Assembly: GCA_036381275.1 (NCBI GenBank)
Contig: DASVDC010000128.1
Location: 18,667-82,666, forward strand
Reading direction: 5' to 3'
Origin: Pseudomonadales bacterium
GTDB taxonomy: Bacteria > Pseudomonadota > Gammaproteobacteria > Pseudomonadales > Azotimanducaceae
DNA: 64,000 nt
The notes under the pieces are model-generated. The model searched no databases. It was given only the letters and a program-made list of their open reading frames with translations, and was not told the origin of the DNA. A program made the translations under genes and the position numbers. Positions 61,547 through 64,000 of this stretch are shown piece by piece (position 1 is the first letter of the stretch; every line of letters begins with the position of its first letter).

Positions 61547-63325
61547 ATGCCGGATCGAAGCCAAGCTCCCTCCGCCGGACCGACGTTGCTGGTGGTCGAC
61601 GACGATGACCAGATCCGCCGCCTGATCGCGATCGCCCTGGCCCCTCTGAAGCCCCGTCTGCTGCTCGAAGCCGACAACGGTGTCGCCGCTCAGCGACACC
61701 TCCGGCACACACCCGTGGACGTGGTGATCACCGACGTGGTGATGCCCGAAATGGACGGACACGAGCTGATGCGTTGGGCCCAGGAACACAGCCCCGGGCC
61801 GCTCTGGATCGTGCTCTCCGGGCTCGATACGTTCGACGCGGCGGTAGAAGCGCTGCAGCTCGGCGCCTTCGACTTCCTGGTCAAGCCGCTGCGCGTCGGC
61901 CGGCTGCGGGTCGCGGTGCGCAACGCGCTCGACCAGATCCGGCTGCGCCGTGACCGGGAACGCCTGTATCACGAGCTCGAGCAGCGCAACGCGCAGCTCT
62001 CGCGCCAGGTCACCCAACTCACCCACCTGTGCCGGATCCTGGAGGATCAATCGGAACGGATCCGCGAGGACCTGGCCCGCGCCGAGGTCATCCAGCGGGC
62101 GCTGTTGCCGCAACAGCCGCCCCGCCTCGACGGCTGGAACGTCGAGACGCTGTACCGGCCCGGCCGTCACGTCGGCGGGGATCTGTACGACATCGTGCTG
62201 CTCGACGACCGCCACCTCGGCCTGATACTGGCGGATGCGGCCGGCCACGGTGTCGCCGCCGCGATGCTGTCGGTGCTGCTGAAACACCGCTTGCGCCTGC
62301 GCGACCCGGCGACCGGCGCGCCGCTCGAGCCCGCCGAGGTGCTGCGCCACGCGAACCGGGCGCTGCGCGAGGACGATCCCGCCCCGGGTGCGTTCATCAC
62401 CGCGGTGTACGTGCTGCTCGACCGCGTGACCGGGCGGGCGCGTCTCGCCGCCGCCGGTCATCCGCCGACGGTCTGGATCCACCGGGGCGAGGGCCGCTTG
62501 CTCGACCGCACCGGACCGGCCCTCGGTCTCACCGCGGACGCGCACTACGATCAGCAGGAGGTGACGCTGGATCACCGCGACCGGCTGTTGCTCTACACCG
62601 ACGGTCTGCTGGACGGCGGACCGAGCGCGCCGACCCACGACGAGCTCATCGAAGCGCTGACCCGCCCCGACGGGAACCGGGTCGAGCTGCTGCGCGCCTT
62701 CCACGAGGCAGCCACGCGCGATGCGAGCCACGACCCGGACGACGTCACGCTGATCCTGCTGGAGCGGGCCGAGGGCGTCAGCCGGTTCGACGACACGAGT
62801 CCGGCCGAGCGGCGCGCCGAGGTTCCTCCCGCGCCGGAGCCGCTGCGCATTCTGCAGGGGGAATCCGCTGGGCGCGGCTTCGTGTCGATCGGCGGCACCG
62901 GGTCGTGGATGCGCTGCCAGGTGCTCTACGAGGCGGTGGAGGCGCTGGCAGCGCGGCATGCGGAGGTGGTGATCGATCTGGACGGCTGTGACTACCTCGA
63001 CAGCACCTGCCTCGGCACGCTGTACGAGCTGGTGGCCGCCCACGACGGCGCGATTCGGCTGCAGCGGGTACCGGCGCGGCTACGCGAGCTGTTCGAGGAG
63101 CTCAGCATGGACGCGGTGCTCGACCGCATCCGGCCCGACCCGCTGCCCCCTCCGGAGGCCATGGAGCCGGTCGAGCGCAGCCCGGAAGACCCCGCCGAGC
63201 AGGCCCGACGCCTGCTCGCCGCCCACGAGATCCTGGCGTCGCTGAGCGACGACAACCGCGAGCAATTTCAGCACGTGGTGAACACGCTGCGTGAGGACCT
63301 GCGCGCGCTCGGGCGGGGGCTCTGA
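61547..63325 (+). CDS. response-regulator receiver / PP2C (SpoIIE-type) phosphatase / STAS-domain fusion protein
   Basis: REC (LLVVDDDD...DVVITDVVMPEMDG...K), PP2C/SpoIIE (GGDLYD...LADAAGHGVAAA...YTDGL...DDVTLILL), and a C-terminal STAS-like segment (VVIDLDGCDYLDSTCLGTL). Confidence 0.85.
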   Translation: MPDRSQAPSAGPTLLVVDDDDQIRRLIAIALAPLKPRLLLEADNGVAAQRHLRHTPVDVVITDVVMPEMDGHELMRWAQEHSPGPLWIVLSGLDTFDAAVEALQLGAFDFLVKPLRVGRLRVAVRNALDQIRLRRDRERLYHELEQRNAQLSRQVTQLTHLCRILEDQSERIREDLARAEVIQRALLPQQPPRLDGWNVETLYRPGRHVGGDLYDIVLLDDRHLGLILADAAGHGVAAAMLSVLLKHRLRLRDPATGAPLEPAEVLRHANRALREDDPAPGAFITAVYVLLDRVTGRARLAAAGHPPTVWIHRGEGRLLDRTGPALGLTADAHYDQQEVTLDHRDRLLLYTDGLLDGGPSAPTHDELIEALTRPDGNRVELLRAFHEAATRDASHDPDDVTLILLERAEGVSRFDDTSPAERRAEVPPAPEPLRILQGESAGRGFVSIGGTGSWMRCQVLYEAVEALAARHAEVVIDLDGCDYLDSTCLGTLYELVAAHDGAIRLQRVPARLRELFEELSMDAVLDRIRPDPLPPPEAMEPVERSPEDPAEQARRLLAAHEILASLSDDNREQFQHVVNTLREDLRALGRGL

Positions 63326-63342
63326 CCCCCCCAAACGCAGGA

Positions 63343-63358
63343 GCGATCTCCAGATCGC
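63343..63358. terminator. short hairpin between convergent genes
   Basis: GCGATCT-CC-AGATCGC lies between the stops at 63325(+) and 63366(-). There is no U-tract. Confidence 0.25.
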
Positions 63359-63365
63359 GATCGGC

Positions 63366-63839
63366 TCAGTGCTCCGGCGCCACGCGCTTGCGGGCCCGCT
63401 CGCCGTGCACTTCGCTCACTTCCCCCGCCGGCGAACCATCCAGATTCAGGCGCATCGCCCCCGGCTCGCTCATCGCCCGCTGGTACGAAGGCATCGCCGT
63501 CCAGCGCGCGAGAAAGCGCCGCAGAAAGCGCCGGCTGACGTGCAGCCGCTCCGCGACCGGATAAAGCTGTTTGTGGATGCCGATCGCGAGCGGCACGGGC
63601 TTGTCCGGATTCCATAGGTCGGGCGCCTCGCCTTGCAGCTCGGCGAGAAAGCGCTCGTCCGAAACCGTTTTGAACACCGGAGCCTGCACCACTTTCGCGC
63701 TGGCAGCCGACTTGGCTTTCGCCACGGCCTTGGCCATCGCCGCCGATTTCGGCGTCACCGGCGTGCTTGCCTTCACGGTCGGACGCTTCGGCTCGCGCCG
63801 CGGCCGCTTCAGTGTCAATACGGGTTTGGGTTCGTTCAC
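63366..63839 (-). CDS. ProQ/FinO-domain RNA-chaperone-like protein
   Basis: Lys/Ala-rich N-terminus, then the FinO-type pattern PLAIGIHKQL...RRFLRRFLARW...Y......G..R.NLDGSPAGEV. GTG start at 63839 with GGGAGGA 6 nt upstream. The track start at 63998 was rejected. Confidence 0.7.
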   Translation of the reverse strand: MNEPKPVLTLKRPRREPKRPTVKASTPVTPKSAAMAKAVAKAKSAASAKVVQAPVFKTVSDERFLAELQGEAPDLWNPDKPVPLAIGIHKQLYPVAERLHVSRRFLRRFLARWTAMPSYQRAMSEPGAMRLNLDGSPAGEVSEVHGERARKRVAPEH

Positions 63840-64000
63840 GCGCGTCCTCCCGGAATGTGGTTCACGGGGTCCCTGAAGAGAAGTGGAAAGACGGAATCGC
63901 TGCAAGGATTCTGCCACTTCGCCGTGGGAAATGCTCGCGCGCCGATCGACCCGTGCGCCGCGCCGAGGGGGATATACTCGCCGCTCGGGCGCAGCCAATC

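Overview
A visibly GC-rich bacterial chromosomal segment, with third codon positions almost all G/C. It is most likely Gammaproteobacteria, judged from E. coli-type CTGT-N8-ACAG SOS boxes and Pseudomonas-like REP palindromes. I can support about 65 protein genes and one tRNA-Gly(GCC). I see no rRNA, CRISPR array, transposase or recognisable defence system.

Most genes are ordinary metabolism and transport:
- SDRs, an epoxide hydrolase, acetoacetyl-CoA synthetase and an acyl-CoA cluster (serine hydrolase, MaoC, ACAD, TauD, FMN reductase, FadD);
- hydantoinase/oxoprolinase HyuAB, MFS and SSS transporters, ModBC and an M16 peptidase;
- Ada plus a 2OG oxygenase, DinB, and a Zur / TonB-receptor locus.

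The item I rate highest is on the minus strand at 10659..13541. It is a translationally coupled three-gene operon:
- a tandem MmcQ/YjbR protein;
- a thioredoxin-fold (CPTC) protein fused to a large domain I cannot assign;
- a gene whose two apparent ORFs are joined by an in-frame TGA inside a U-G-S-C-x-x-C motif, followed at once by a SECIS-like hairpin. This is a selenoprotein candidate.

Other points worth a second look:
- a near-consensus LexA box in front of a lambda-type integrase next to tRNA-Gly, and a second SOS-like box on the dinB start codon;
- a three-gene nonulosonic-acid cassette whose NeuB-like synthase carries a C-terminal cupin;
- tandem peptidoglycan-binding paralogues, with a decayed duplicate fragment downstream;
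- three copies of one REP-like palindrome;
- Zur-box-like palindromes flanking uncharacterised genes;
- modBC without modA;
- a REC-PP2C-STAS fusion.

The many long Arg/Ala/Gly/Pro-rich ORFs in the track are high-GC shadow frames and were not called. All family assignments come from motif recognition by eye. No searches were run.
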